DNA of 64,000 nt from Euprymna scolopes (Eukaryota): assembly GCA_053919585.1 (NCBI GenBank), contig CM132790.1; one strand, written 5' to 3'. A model generated the notes under the pieces. It was not told the DNA's origin. It saw only the letters and a program-made list of their open reading frames with translations, and ran no database searches. This document shows, piece by piece, positions 50,431 to 62,000 of the stretch. Position 1 is the first letter of the stretch; each line of letters opens with the position of its first letter. The position numbers and the translations under genes are program-made.

Positions 50431-50601
50431 TATTATTATAAAATCAATCCTGAATTGATTATTATGCCATGAAAAAGTCACTTCTGATTAATGTTTGGTT
50501 TTAAAATATTCAAACGAAGAAATGATTTGCGGCGATTTTAAATATTACATCTTCTTATATCGAAAATTGAAGTCATTAATCAGAAAAAAATAAAATAAAT
50601 T

Positions 50602-50676
50602 AGGGAGGTACACCAGGTCTTGAATAGAGGATAATTTGACCCGTTGTCGTATGCTCTACCACTGAGCTATATATCC
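50602..50676 (-). pseudogene. tRNA(Cys)-like pseudogene
   Basis: ggatatATAGCTCAGTGGTAGAGCAtacgac..tcaa..attcaagacctggtgtacctccct is colinear with tRNA-Cys; anticodon and T arms degenerate. Confidence 0.7.
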
Positions 50677-50968
50677 AGATGACAACAAATCTGTTTCTTA
50701 AAAAAAAAAAAAATATTTGCTCGTATTTTATTATTTCCCTTTGCCGGTGTAATGTAAAATATTCCCTTGTAAAAATTCTTTTTATCCATAAGAGAGAAAG
50801 ACTATTTTAAGATCGGATTTTTTCGATCTTCGATGCTTATCGGATGAATTTCTGTACATACAAATTAGCTTTGTATGAAATTTGCCATGGATAGGAACCG
50901 ATAAAGAAGGAAATCACACACACAAAGTGATTTTTATATTATATTATATTATATATATATATATATAC

Positions 50969-51081
50969 CTTTATTAAACATTTCAGAATCACAGCAATAT
51001 ACACTTACTTCACATCTATATTGTTTAAATTACTATGTGAATTAAGTGTATATTCCTGTGATTTTGAAATATCTAATAAAG
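50969..51081. repeat. 47-bp-arm imperfect hairpin next to (TA)n
   Basis: ctttattaaacatttcagaatcacagcaatatacacttacttcacat / inverse copy with ~5 mismatches. Confidence 0.85.
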
Positions 51082-51829
51082 TTACATATGCTCTGAAAAT
51101 GTAAGTCCATTTTCATTGAGCTTAAAAAACAGTTGCAATTTTTAGATAACCTTATTGAATATATACATTATATACGTTGTCTCTGTAACTCAATCTTTAA
51201 TTCACAAATTCTAATGGAATTGAAGGTGCCTATAAATTTCGAGAAAATTCTTAACTTTTTTTAAAAAATTTCAACGGTTTCTATAGTAAATAACACATTT
51301 CATGCAATTATTTTGAGTTAGGTTTAGAAGAGACGAGAGCAATGGTTTCACACAAAATGGTGGTATCAATCCAGAGAAACCTCGAATTGTAAAAGCTTGC
51401 AGAAGACGTCGAGTTCCTTACCGCGTGGAAAGTCATGTGCAGGAATTAGAGATTCAGTATGTTTTTGGAGTGATTTCGGTTTCTGTTTGATTGGTATTAG
51501 AGCGTGGTTCCATCTGATTGGTCAATGATGACTCATAATTATAAATAGAATCTTCCAACATTTTGTAACAATACCCTCCTAGTTACATCAAAATATTGCA
51601 ATAGACGAAACTACAAGCATAGATCGAAATTCACATCTGAGAATTTTAGGTATAAATAAATCCGCACTAATAATTGTCAACCTCAGTACATTTTGATTAA
51701 GATTAATAATATTCTCGGGAATAATTAAAGAATATCAGCATACCATAAACAAATTATAACAACGTTATAATAAAAATAAGTTAAACATATACTTGTTAGT
51801 ATAAAGTATTGAATAGAAATAATTCCAAT

Positions 51830-52462
51830 TTGCAAATCATATGGTATAACTGGACGAATACTAAATATAATTAGATCTTTCATATACAACAGGACCATCA
51901 AGGTTGTCATTGATGGACGTTCATCCAAGCAGCATAACATTAATGCAGAAGTGCCTCTTGGGTTGATCCTTGAGCTACTATTATTCCTGACATCTATCAA
52001 TGACCTCCTCGATAATATTGAGTCCGAGATGGGTATATTTGCTGATGAGTCAGCACTATAACATGCATGAGAAAAGAACGGGTGTACACAAATCCAAGAC
52101 AATGGCTGAATGATTAGAAAATGACCTCCACACCGTAGTTGAATGGGAATTTAAATGGATGGTAACATTTAATGATAGTAGAACTAAACTGCTCACTTTT
52201 AACAATTACAAGAAACCTCTTCAACCATTGATATCCATGACAAATAGCACTCTACCTGAGAATTTTTCTTGAAACTCGTCGACTTAACATTCACAGGAAA
52301 TATAAACTGGAATAAATACATTGAGGACATTGCTGCAAGGAAGATGGGCTTTCTCTATCGTGCTAGAAAACTGCTCATATTTAAGAGTATCTTGTACCTC
52401 TATAAGGCCACCATTCACCAATTATTGTTGCTTGGCTGGTGCATCTACTCTCTCTCTCTCTT

Positions 52463-52511
<49 letters not shown>

Positions 52512-52970
52512 CTATATCTATCTCTATCTCTTGTTGTGGTCCAAAAAGTGTCTCCAATTGAATAGGTCCAACTTTGTCAACTAACTCCAACACCTGTTTC
52601 ATCGCCGCAATGTTGCATCCCTGTGCCTATTTTACTAGTATTTTAATGGAATGTGCTCTGATGAACTCTTTGCATTTGTGCTTCCTCGGCGTACATATCC
52701 CCAACAAACCTGCTTAGCAATAAAATCACACCCTTTCACTGTTGACGCCCCTGAATCTTAAAAAGTTTTCTACTCAAATAGCTTCTACCCTGGAACAGTT
52801 AGACTTTGGAATTCTCTTCATGCTGCCTGCTGTCCAAACTGTACTGATATGCAGAAGTTCAAATGTAACGAAAACCAACATCTTGTTAATCTTTTTTAGG
52901 CATGGTCCCAATTAGTAGCCCTTTATGTCCAAGTGGCAATATGCCTTGTTCGGGGTGGAGGTGAGTAAAA
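51830..52970 (+). mobile_element. LINE family B 3' fragment, old, with internal microsatellite
   Basis: KSYGITGRIL..INDL..FAD..LYLYKATI..HRRNVASLCLF..FKCN. Confidence 0.9.
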
Positions 52971-53258
52971 TTAAATAGCATCATAAACGTTACTTAGTTG
53001 AATAGTATTATTTTAAAAGAAACTAAATAAAAAATTAAAAAATTTAATTATATTATCTAAATAGATTGCATTTACATGTGTGTATGTGTGTTCATGTGTA
53101 TAGTTGTGTATATATATATAAATTTATATATGTACATATATATATGTGCATGCGCGTGCATGCATGTGTGTATGTAGCATATGTACATGTATATGTATGT
53201 ATAGTTGGATATGTGTATATGCATACGCAAGTACATGTATATGAGAGTGTGCCTACGC

Positions 53259-53302
<44 letters not shown>

Positions 53303-53899
53303 GCATTTATAAGCATGTATTCATGTTCGTATGCATGTGTATGTGCGCGCGTCTGTATGAAAAAATACTGTGAGTTGCTTTCCTTATATTTACTTAAATT
53401 TTATTTTTTATCAAGAATTTTTTTTTCTTTCTTATTTTGTGGGGGGGGGATTAAAATAGAAACATCAATCCGAGATTTACATTTTGCTTAAAAAAAGCAT
53501 GTCGCAAAGACTTAATGTAAATGCTTTCTAGAATCTTCAGATAATATAGAGAGTACGACTTGGGGAGAATGGAGAATAATTCGACACTGAAATTAGAGGC
53601 GCCACAAAAAAAACGTTATTTATTCGATATTCAGCAATATTAGAACCGTGTGTATAATTCAGAACATCTGATGTCAAATAATCTGCATAGTGAATTTTTT
53701 AGGGCATTTTTTAGTCAGGTGTTTAATCTTTGCGACGTTCTCCCCATGTAGTTATCTACTAGAGATGGTTCAATGTTTTATTTCAAATGAAATTTTATTT
53801 TTTTATAAAACTAAAAAAAGTATCTATTGAGGTGCTTCGCCTTGCTGATACTAATCTTTATTTATCACTATTAATCTATGACTGTGCACTATATGCATA

Positions 53900-54175
53900 A
53901 TACTTCGTTCACTTCATTTTATCATAACAAAGCTTTATATAAAATTCCAGCCATACCAGTCCAGTAATTTCCAAGAAAAAGTGGAACTAAAATACTAACC
54001 CCTATTAACTCCTATTAATCCCTAACTGTGCAGCAAATGGATGCTATAATACTTAGTTCGCTGCACCTTATAATAAAGATCCATACAAAATTTCAGCCAT
54101 ATCGGCCAGCTGTTTCCAGGAATAAGTGAAACAAACAGACAAACAGACAGACAGACTAAAGAAAATATAATATAG
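53900..54175 (+). mobile_element. HINE-like element end
   Basis: aaaatttcagccatatcggccagctgtttcc..gaaacaaacagacaaacagacagacagac..atataatatag. Confidence 0.6.
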
Positions 54176-54274
54176 TTAATTGATGAAAGCAAATAAATCA
54201 ATTTTAAATCGATATTTCAATAAATGGGAAATAGAAGAGATTATAAGGAGATCGAAGTTTAATTGTGATCAACA

Positions 54275-54280
54275 TTTATT
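54275..54280 (-). terminator. Candidate polyadenylation signal (AATAAA) of the SLC23 gene
   Basis: tttatt on plus, ~70 nt after the stop codon; AT-rich context, so it could be chance. Confidence 0.45.
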
Positions 54281-54348
54281 AAAACTGAACAAAATAAATT
54301 CACTGATAAAAACTTATCAGAATCGGTTGATCATTTCGTTCTCAGATT

Positions 54349-54545
54349 TTAAATTGATCCCTTCCGTACTGTATATTCTGGCAGGAATGGTAATTTACCG
54401 AATAAAAAACATTTTCGGATGTTCTTTGGTAAGAATTCAAGGGAGTAAATTGCTTTTTTCTCTGCGAAATCGGCTTTGTTGTTCATTTCTTCAGATTGAT
54501 TGATTTCCGGGATCCATGTCGTAATGCCACGTTCTTCAAGGGTAC
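54349..54545 (-). CDS. SLC23A: Terminal coding exon of the SLC23 gene
   Basis: Acceptor ctttttttaattcttag, then (G)TLEERGITTWIPEINQSEEMNNKADFAEKKAIYSLEFLPKNIRKCFLFGKLPFLPEYTVRKGSI*. Spliced junction gives LDNTIPG-TLEERG, followed by the typical Y..-..PFLP tail; 197 bp = 2+65x3, TAA at 54349-54351. Confidence 0.93.
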
Positions 54546-55179
54546 CTAAGAATTAAAAAAAAGAAAGTGAATCTTATTGAAATTTAAGAACTGATTTTTA
54601 AAAAATATCTTCATTACTGAAGAGTGAATCTAACCCAACTTTAGGGATATTACCCCAATGGACCCATTAATTTACATAGAATTTGTATGTGTAATCTGTA
54701 CAGTTTTTTGTGGGGGGGAGATTATGCAGAATAAGAACCGTGCTATCGTCGGAATTTTCCGAGCAGTTTATGTAAAACTGAAATGCGTGTGTATGAGAGA
54801 AAGAGAGAGAGAAAGAGAGAGAGAAATATTTGAAGAGAGACTGATAACATGCAAAAAACAGACCGATTTTCAGCTACCGTGTCCGACCCTTTCCGGGATA
54901 ACGATATCTCGTATCTTTTCTCACCCTTAACCAGTGGCTGATGGAGTGAACCGCTCTTCTGGGCTGGTCACATAATTTCCGACTTCCGCTTTTAGGCAAC
55001 GCCCTCTTTAAGGGCCCCCTTCCCCCTATCCTAATTCGCTATCTAACACAAAGATAGAACAATAGAACAAATCACACAGCAATAAAAAACTGTGATGGAT
55101 TCAATTTATTTACTTGCATTGACACTACCAAATATTAGTAAGATTTGTATCTACTTAGAATAAGTAATATCCAAATGAG

Positions 55180-55220
55180 CATCCATTACCTATCAGGCTC
55201 AACGTTGCTTAACTTCGTGA
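55180..55220 (-). pseudogene. 5S rRNA-derived fragment in the last SLC23 intron
   Basis: Minus tcacGAAGTTAAGCAACGTtgagcctgatag.ta.tggatg matches the 5S internal control region (box A to box C). Confidence 0.65.
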
Positions 55221-56571
55221 ATTATTCCGTATATATGATATTATACGATATTATAAAATACCACCACGTTCAATATACAATACATGCTATAAATATTCGG
55301 TGATAATATGTGTTGTATTAAATGATTTCTACAGCCTGCGCCTCCATCTCTAGTTAAATGGACTGTTCCTGTGAAAGTTTTTAAAAAAACTAAGCAAAAA
55401 TTAATCTTTTGTTTTGTGTACTTCGAATTAATGTTGAATAAAACTTTTCTGAAGTTTAATCGAGCTTCGATCTTTCATTAGTATATGATTTAAATAAACG
55501 AATATATAACTATGAATATAAAGTAATAAACACCAATAAAAGAAAATATAAAACTCGAAAGAAACAACAGGTTTTGCGTTTCAAAAGTTAAACATTCCAA
55601 GTGTTGATCCAGAACATGATCCAAGGTTGCGTTGGGATCTTTCGACAGTTTATGGTAAACTGTCGGGAAAGCAGTCAGCAAAAGCCGATAAGGTTAGCCA
55701 ATTAGGTATGAGCTATCAGCAGATGATACTTTTTTTAATATTATTTTTGAATGAAAAATGTTTTCGTCCACAGTCATTTTCATGGAATAAGCTTTCTTCG
55801 TTACAAATAAAATCAATAAAATACTTATTAAATTTTTTCTTGCAAAAAAATTCTTAATTATTTTACATGAAAAAAGAGTTGATTTGTTGTCTACAAAAAA
55901 TATTTTATTAGAAAACTAAATTGATATTTGTAGTGGAACCAGATGAGAGGATAAATGAGGTTTAAAAGCAATAATCACTGCATTTTAATTTTAAGTATTA
56001 TTATTTTATTGTAAAAACAGTGCAAATATGATATGATACATTTTCTTTCTGAATGAAGTGTATAGTTTGTAGATGTTTCAATGTAAAACTTGATCCTATT
56101 GTTAATTGCCTCAGCTAGTACAATTACGACCCGTTGACCTTGGAGAAGACAACAGTGGTGAGATGCCCAAGGCATAGATAGAATAGCCTGAGCTTAAAAA
56201 CCTATTTTTGCAATGAGAGTGTTTTCTTTTTTAATGAGTTGGGAAAACGGAAGTTATTCGCGCCACAAAAGTATTAGTAGCCGTTATAAGAACACATATA
56301 ATGTGCAAGTAACTAAGGACGACAACTCGCCATCGTAAAACAGTCAATAAATAAAAAGTAAGCTTAATATACATGAAATAACTTGCAAAAGCGCATTAAA
56401 ATTTTGTTTTCTACCGACCTGTATAGTTTTAAAGTTTTGAAACTGTAAGTTTTGTTATTTCCAATTTTTTTGTGTTCATAAATTTCATTCCAGACACTAG
56501 ATATATTAAGAGCTCATCCAGTACATTGTATGCGTTTAAGAAAAACGATGTAATGTCCTTTTGGTAGTCAA

Positions 56572-56608
56572 TATAGGGTGGGTTAAAAAAAATAATGTCG
56601 TTTTTATC

Positions 56609-56662
<54 letters not shown>

Positions 56663-56698
56663 GTCAAAGAACGACATTATTTTTGCACCAACCTAATA
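56572..56698. mobile_element. Minimal mariner MITE: two TIRs around (TA)n
   Basis: tatagggtgggttaaaaaaataatgtcgtt / aacgacattatttttgcaccaacctaata. Confidence 0.65.
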
Positions 56699-57086
56699 AC
56701 AATTTTAAATAAATTACAATAATTAAATGGTTATTAGTGAACGTCGAATGGCTTTTACTAGTACGTAGCCTTGAATAAATATGAAGTTATTAAAACGCAC
56801 AATATAATTTACTTATGGGTCAGCAATTTTCCCGGACGAGTATGTCATCGTAAAAGTGACTACTACGATTTTCCTTGTATCCTTCTCTGCTCAGTTGGAC
56901 ATAATGTTAAAGGTTCATAAGGTTTCTCTATAACACACAGATTGACACAAACTTCTACTTAATTCTGGCCTTTTCAAACAGGTATAACCTCTTGATCTGT
57001 GTCAACCGATCAATAACTCTTGGATCTTTCACACTCTTTCATTATATATTAAAATAAAAAAGGGGTCGTAAGAAGAAGTGTTATAC

Positions 57087-57182
57087 CTGGGATTGTATTG
57101 TCTAAGAAAAGAGCTAACATTCCTCCGACAAAAGATGGGTTGCTAAGAACCATTTTCAAAGCAGAGGTTATTTGTTGTTTTC
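57087..57182 (-). CDS. SLC23A: Penultimate coding exon of an SLC23 / NCS2 nucleobase-ascorbate transporter gene
   Basis: Minus strand: acceptor tttttttttccacag, 96-bp phase-1/phase-1 exon encoding (G)KQQITSALKMVLSNPSFVGGMLALFLDNTIP(G), donor cag|gtataa. FVGG..A..LDNTIPG is the SLC23 C-terminal signature, and it splices in frame to the exon at 54545. Confidence 0.93.
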
Positions 57183-57869
57183 CTGTGGAAAAAAAAACAA
57201 AAATAAAATGTTTCTAATTAGAACAACGCATGTAAATTCAATGGAATGAGACATATATTTAACAAATATGTTTTGATAAAGTCAATATTTTATGGATAAC
57301 GCAAAAAAATTGGTTTTTGGACAGAAAAAAACAATAACACGCAGCAAATATGAATTTAATAACATTTCTATTGAAGTAGCGTACATTGTACTTTTATTAT
57401 AGAACAGACCCAAATGAGATAAATTAATAAATACTAGTAACTACTCAGAAAGTATTATTGTGCTACATAGTTCAATACAAATAAAAAAAGCATTACAAAA
57501 GACATACTTTAGTTTACTCCTTCAGTTCACCACCTCTTGTGGAACAATGTTCTTTTTTGCCCTGTTTCTTTCGAATCTTCTCTCTTTTGCACAATGTTTC
57601 ACTGATTTGATTTTTCTGTGGAGAACCGTTGCACATCGTAATTATTACGATTTGTATCCTCACGCCATTACAACAATGATCATATAATATTATAATGATA
57701 TTTGAAAACAAGTCTACATTAAATGAAGATTGCTTTCATATTCTTGTCGAGTGTTACTAGATTGGCATTTTTAAAGCCAAATTACGCTAATTTGGCCTTT
57801 TTAAGCAGTTTGGCCTTCAAAAATTGAATGTCGTCTATGAATTAACTGAGGAAAGAACAAATAGAATAT

Positions 57870-57960
57870 TATACAGGGTGTCCACAAAGTCTGGCTACAT
57901 TATGTAGCCAGACTTTGTGGAAGCATCCTGTAGATTATGTAGCCAGACTTTGTTGGCACC

Positions 57961-58024
<64 letters not shown>

Positions 58025-58115
58025 GGTGCCAACAAAGTCTGGCTACATAATCTACAGGATGCTTCCACAAAGTCTGGCTACATAATGTAGCCAGACTTTG
58101 TGGACACCCTGTATA
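57870..58115. repeat. Perfect palindrome built from Tc1-like TIR units around (TA)n
   Basis: Six copies of cagg(g)tg..cacaaagtctggctaca (three per arm, both orientations); ~95-bp arms are exact reverse complements. Confidence 0.92.
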
Positions 58116-58449
58116 AACATATTTAATAACTGAAAAGAAAACAAACAAATTCCATGTCATTTCATATTCAAGTTGGATAATCAAGACGCGATTACACCTG
58201 TTGTTTTCTTTTAGACGCATCTCAATCGATCTTTTATTGTCCGTATGTCTGTCACGCTTATGTTTTAAATTGCATTCGTTAAATAAAATCATCTTATTTT
58301 AGAAGTGTCACAATGACTAGCGACACTGTTTGCCAATCAGTACTTTAGAACTAATTTAAATAGCATTTTAGTTTGTCCGTCACGTTTATGTTTCAAATAA
58401 GATAACGGTCGCTAAATCCTATTTTACGCATCATATTTTACAATTGGTG

Positions 58450-58920
58450 TTTAATACATAATGCTCCTAGTACCATTTCTCATAGCAGTAGGGCAACAAA
58501 ACTTGGCACAACTATTATTCTTTCTTTAGATAGGAATCACCCAGACTTACACATTTCTCCCATTGTTTAATACAGGTCTGCATACAGCTTTTGTAGAACA
58601 CCGCCAGATCGGTCATATAACCACGACGTGATTTCAGAAATCAAGAGTGTATCATTTAAGAAATGCTTTCCTTTCAAAAACAACTTCGTAGCTGGGAAGA
58701 AGTGAATGACAGAGAATGCAAGGCCAGGAGAATAGATGATGGATGATGGAGAGGATTTCATAGCAACACGTTCATGCTTATTATCTGGCGACGTGCAGTT
58801 TGTGGATCGAAGTGTTATCTTGCAGAAGGAGGATACTGTTGCTGATTTTGCCCCGTCTTTTGGTTTTGATAGTTTATCTTAATTTCCTCAAAAGTGAACC
58901 ACAAATTTCGTTTCTTTGTG
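58450..58920 (-). mobile_element. Mariner transposase C-terminal remnant
   Basis: YSPGLAFSVIHFFP (YSPDLAPSDFHLF-like), KGKHF, WEKCVSLG. Confidence 0.75.
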
Positions 58921-59039
58921 ACGGTTTGAAATGGAGAGTAGATAATACAGTGGATGTGTTATCGGCAGCTCCAGTAACTCTCGCTTCTCCTATTTTGTCA
59001 TTCAGTCCTCATTCAATGAGTGATTTTTCTGACAAAGGG

Positions 59040-62000
59040 TGAAGAAAAAGCTGCTTAAAGGTCGGTACTACTTGGTGACCAGTAGTCTGAGATGTCGGAA
59101 ATTCTTCTGTCTCTGTCTGTCCTTGTGGCCATGTCACTAGTAAGGGTGCTGGAGGTAAACGTTTTGTCTGGGCTGACGTTATCCGCCTGATAGTCAGGGA
59201 CCCGAACCTTGGATTAACCACTAAGGAGGCTGTCCTATCAGCAGGCGCAAAGTACTGGGACTGCTGTATTGCCATTTGGTGAGTGGATCTAGACCATGCA
59301 GTAGTCTCTGGTGGGGCCTCTCGATGCCATACTAGTGGGTAATTGTTACGGCTTTACCTTTTCGTGTGCTACAAATAAAAAAATTTTCCTGTCTTTTTCT
59401 CTCTTACTTTCCCTCTCTGTACTGCTCTAACCAAGTATGCCGACCTATTCCACAAATCCCAAAACCTCAACATGAAATATCTCCAGAATAAAAACTCGAT
59501 TAAACCTAGAACCCCATCTTCCAGCGTAGACCCCTACTACCAGGTCTCCTTCTCCAATATCAGGGGTCTACGTTCCAACCTTCCAGAGGTTGAAACCCAA
59601 TTACAGGAGACGAAACCGGACATATTATTTCTAAGTGAAACTGGAATAGGGCCGACCACTTTCCTAGATGAGTTCATAATTAATGGATACTCCAATTTAA
59701 CAGCTAAATCTGACACCCAAGATCGCCATGGGCATGGAATATGTGCCTACATTAAGGATGGCTTCCCGTGTGGCATGGATATCTCTAGAGAAGATCCTAA
59801 TTTACCCTATATGTGCTTCAGGGTTGCAGTTGCTAACACCACTGCATTTATATTTGCCCTCTATCGGCCCCACAACAGCGGAGTTACTATCTTTAAGAGC
59901 ATATCTGAGAAAATAGACCACATACTGTCTTCACATCCCTCGGCTAACATCCACATCTGTAGTGACTTCAACGTCCATAACGTGGAATGGCTGACCCATT
60001 CAAATAAGACAGATGATGAGGGGAGGTTTTGTCATGATTTTGCCATTGCTTATGACCTCACTCAGATAGTTCGCGAACCCACCCGTGTGCCCGATACACC
60101 CAATCAATATGCAAGCCTCTTAGACCTTTTTCTCTCAACTTCCCCTGAGCTATGTTCATGTACCGTTCATTCTCCTCTAGGATCCTCCGACCACTCCGTC
60201 GTATCAGTTAAGATGAAAACGAAATGTAAGAAGCCCCTAGACGTACCCCTCCACCGTACTGTATACGGATACTCTATGGCTGACTGGGATAGCTTCCGTA
60301 CATTCATATCTGATTTACCTCTGCACTCCATGTTTAAAAAGGAAGTGTCCTCTATAGTATCAGATCTGACCGAATGGTTAATTGTAGGCATTGACCAATT
60401 CATACCATCTAAAAAATTCCAACAAAAACCTAAAAGCCAGCCATGGTTCTCCCCAGAATGTGCTGCTGCTATCGCGCACAGAAATCACTTTTTCCATAGC
60501 TACCAACGTAATAGATGCACTGAGACTAAAGCTGCTTTCAGGACTGCCAGCAACCACTGTAAAAGAGTAATAAAAAATGCAAGAGAGCTATATGCCCAGT
60601 CTGTTAAATCCAAGGTAGCTGATCAGCGGTTTGGTTCCCACCAGTTTTGGCAAATAACAAACAGGATCCTGAACAGAAGTGTGCGTTCTATCCCAACCAT
60701 TATCAATGGACCAGAGGTCATCTCGTCAGCGTCAGACAAGGCCAAACTATTTGCAAAGAACTTTGCAGCTAATTCTACCCTATGCGACGAAGGCCATCAA
60801 CTCCCCATATTTCCTCCTATAACACAGACCAAGCTAGGTAACCTACAAATATCTGTGCATGAGGTCGCCAAGCTAATAAAAAACCAAGATTCCAGTAAAG
60901 CAACTGGCCCTGATGGCATCCCAATTATAGTGTTAAAAAAGCTTCAACCAGAACTTGCTCCCATACTTACGAAACTATTTAAGCGCTGCCTTAAGGAGAA
61001 GTGCTTTCCGACCCCCTGGAAGACCTCATCAGTTTGCCCTGTATTTAAGAATTCAGGTGATAAGTCATCTCCCTCTCAGTACAGACCAATAAGTCTCCTC
61101 TGTGTTATGAGTAAGTTGCTGGAATCAATATTAAATAGAGAAATAGTCAACCACCTCAGCAGGAATAACCTTCTTAGTGACACACAATATGGTTTCCGCT
61201 CTGCAAGATATACCGCTGATCTACATCAATGACCTCCCTAAACACATACTTAAATCATTTGTTGACATCTATGCTGATGACACGACCATCTACAGCAACA
61301 CATCAAAGGCTGTAAATGACAAAGTTCTCTCTGATTCTCTCTCCTCTGATCTCGAGCGCGTGGTTCAGTGGGGGAAGATGTGGCTAGTTACCTTTAATGC
61401 ATCCAAAACCAAACTCCTATCCTTACATCATCAACGCTCTGATCCCCAGCTGGCATCAATTGTGATGGATGGCTCTCGTCTGGGTGAGGCCCCGTGTTTT
61501 GACAAGCTTCTGGGTTTGACCTTTACTCCTGATCTGAAATAGAACACGTACATCAAGTCTGTTGCCAAGGTCGCTGGAAAGATGGTGGGATCCTTCTACC
61601 GCTCCAGAAGATATCTCACTACTGATGCAATTCTCTATCTATATAAAAGCCAAGTACGTCCAAGGATGGAATACTGTTGCCATATCTGGGCAGAAGCTGC
61701 CAAAAACAGCCTATCATACCTTGACAGAGTACAAAATAGACTTCGTGGCTTAGTGGGGGATGCCCTTTTCTCTACCCTGCAACCCCTCTCTCACAGAAGA
61801 GACGTTGCGAGCCTATCCTTGTTTTATCGTTATTTTCATGGCAGGTGCTCGTCTGAACTCCAATCCCTGGTCCCCCCTCGCCAATCTTTCACGAAAAACA
61901 CCCGTCTAGCTGAATCCACTGTGAAAAATTTCCCCCACTCTATATTTGTGCCTAAATCAAAACGCGGATTCCATGAACAAAGCTTCTTTCTTAGAACTGC

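Noticed and set aside
50602-50676. Functional tRNA gene
   Set aside because: Anticodon and T stems are broken and the B-box is mutated; the same applies to 40126-40196.
54180-54503. 107-aa plus-strand ORF
   Set aside because: Antisense shadow of the SLC23 terminal exon.
55240-55368. Alternative SLC23 terminal exon (tttcacag|GAACA.. giving GTVHLTRDGG)
   Set aside because: Phase-compatible but lacks the conserved EERG motif; the exon at 54545 fits far better.
56880-56960. CVNLCVIEK as a Penelope GIY-YIG C-terminal motif
   Set aside because: Too short; no flanking support.
57514-57711. Minus-strand ORF as the preceding SLC23 exon
   Set aside because: No NLQ..D..S.RNL motif and no acceptor site.
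57870-58115. CRISPR-like array
   Set aside because: Eukaryotic context; units are inverted TIR-like repeats with no unique spacers and no cas genes.
59440-59560. 2A (DxExNPGP) peptide before the LINE APE domain
   Set aside because: Looked for and not present.
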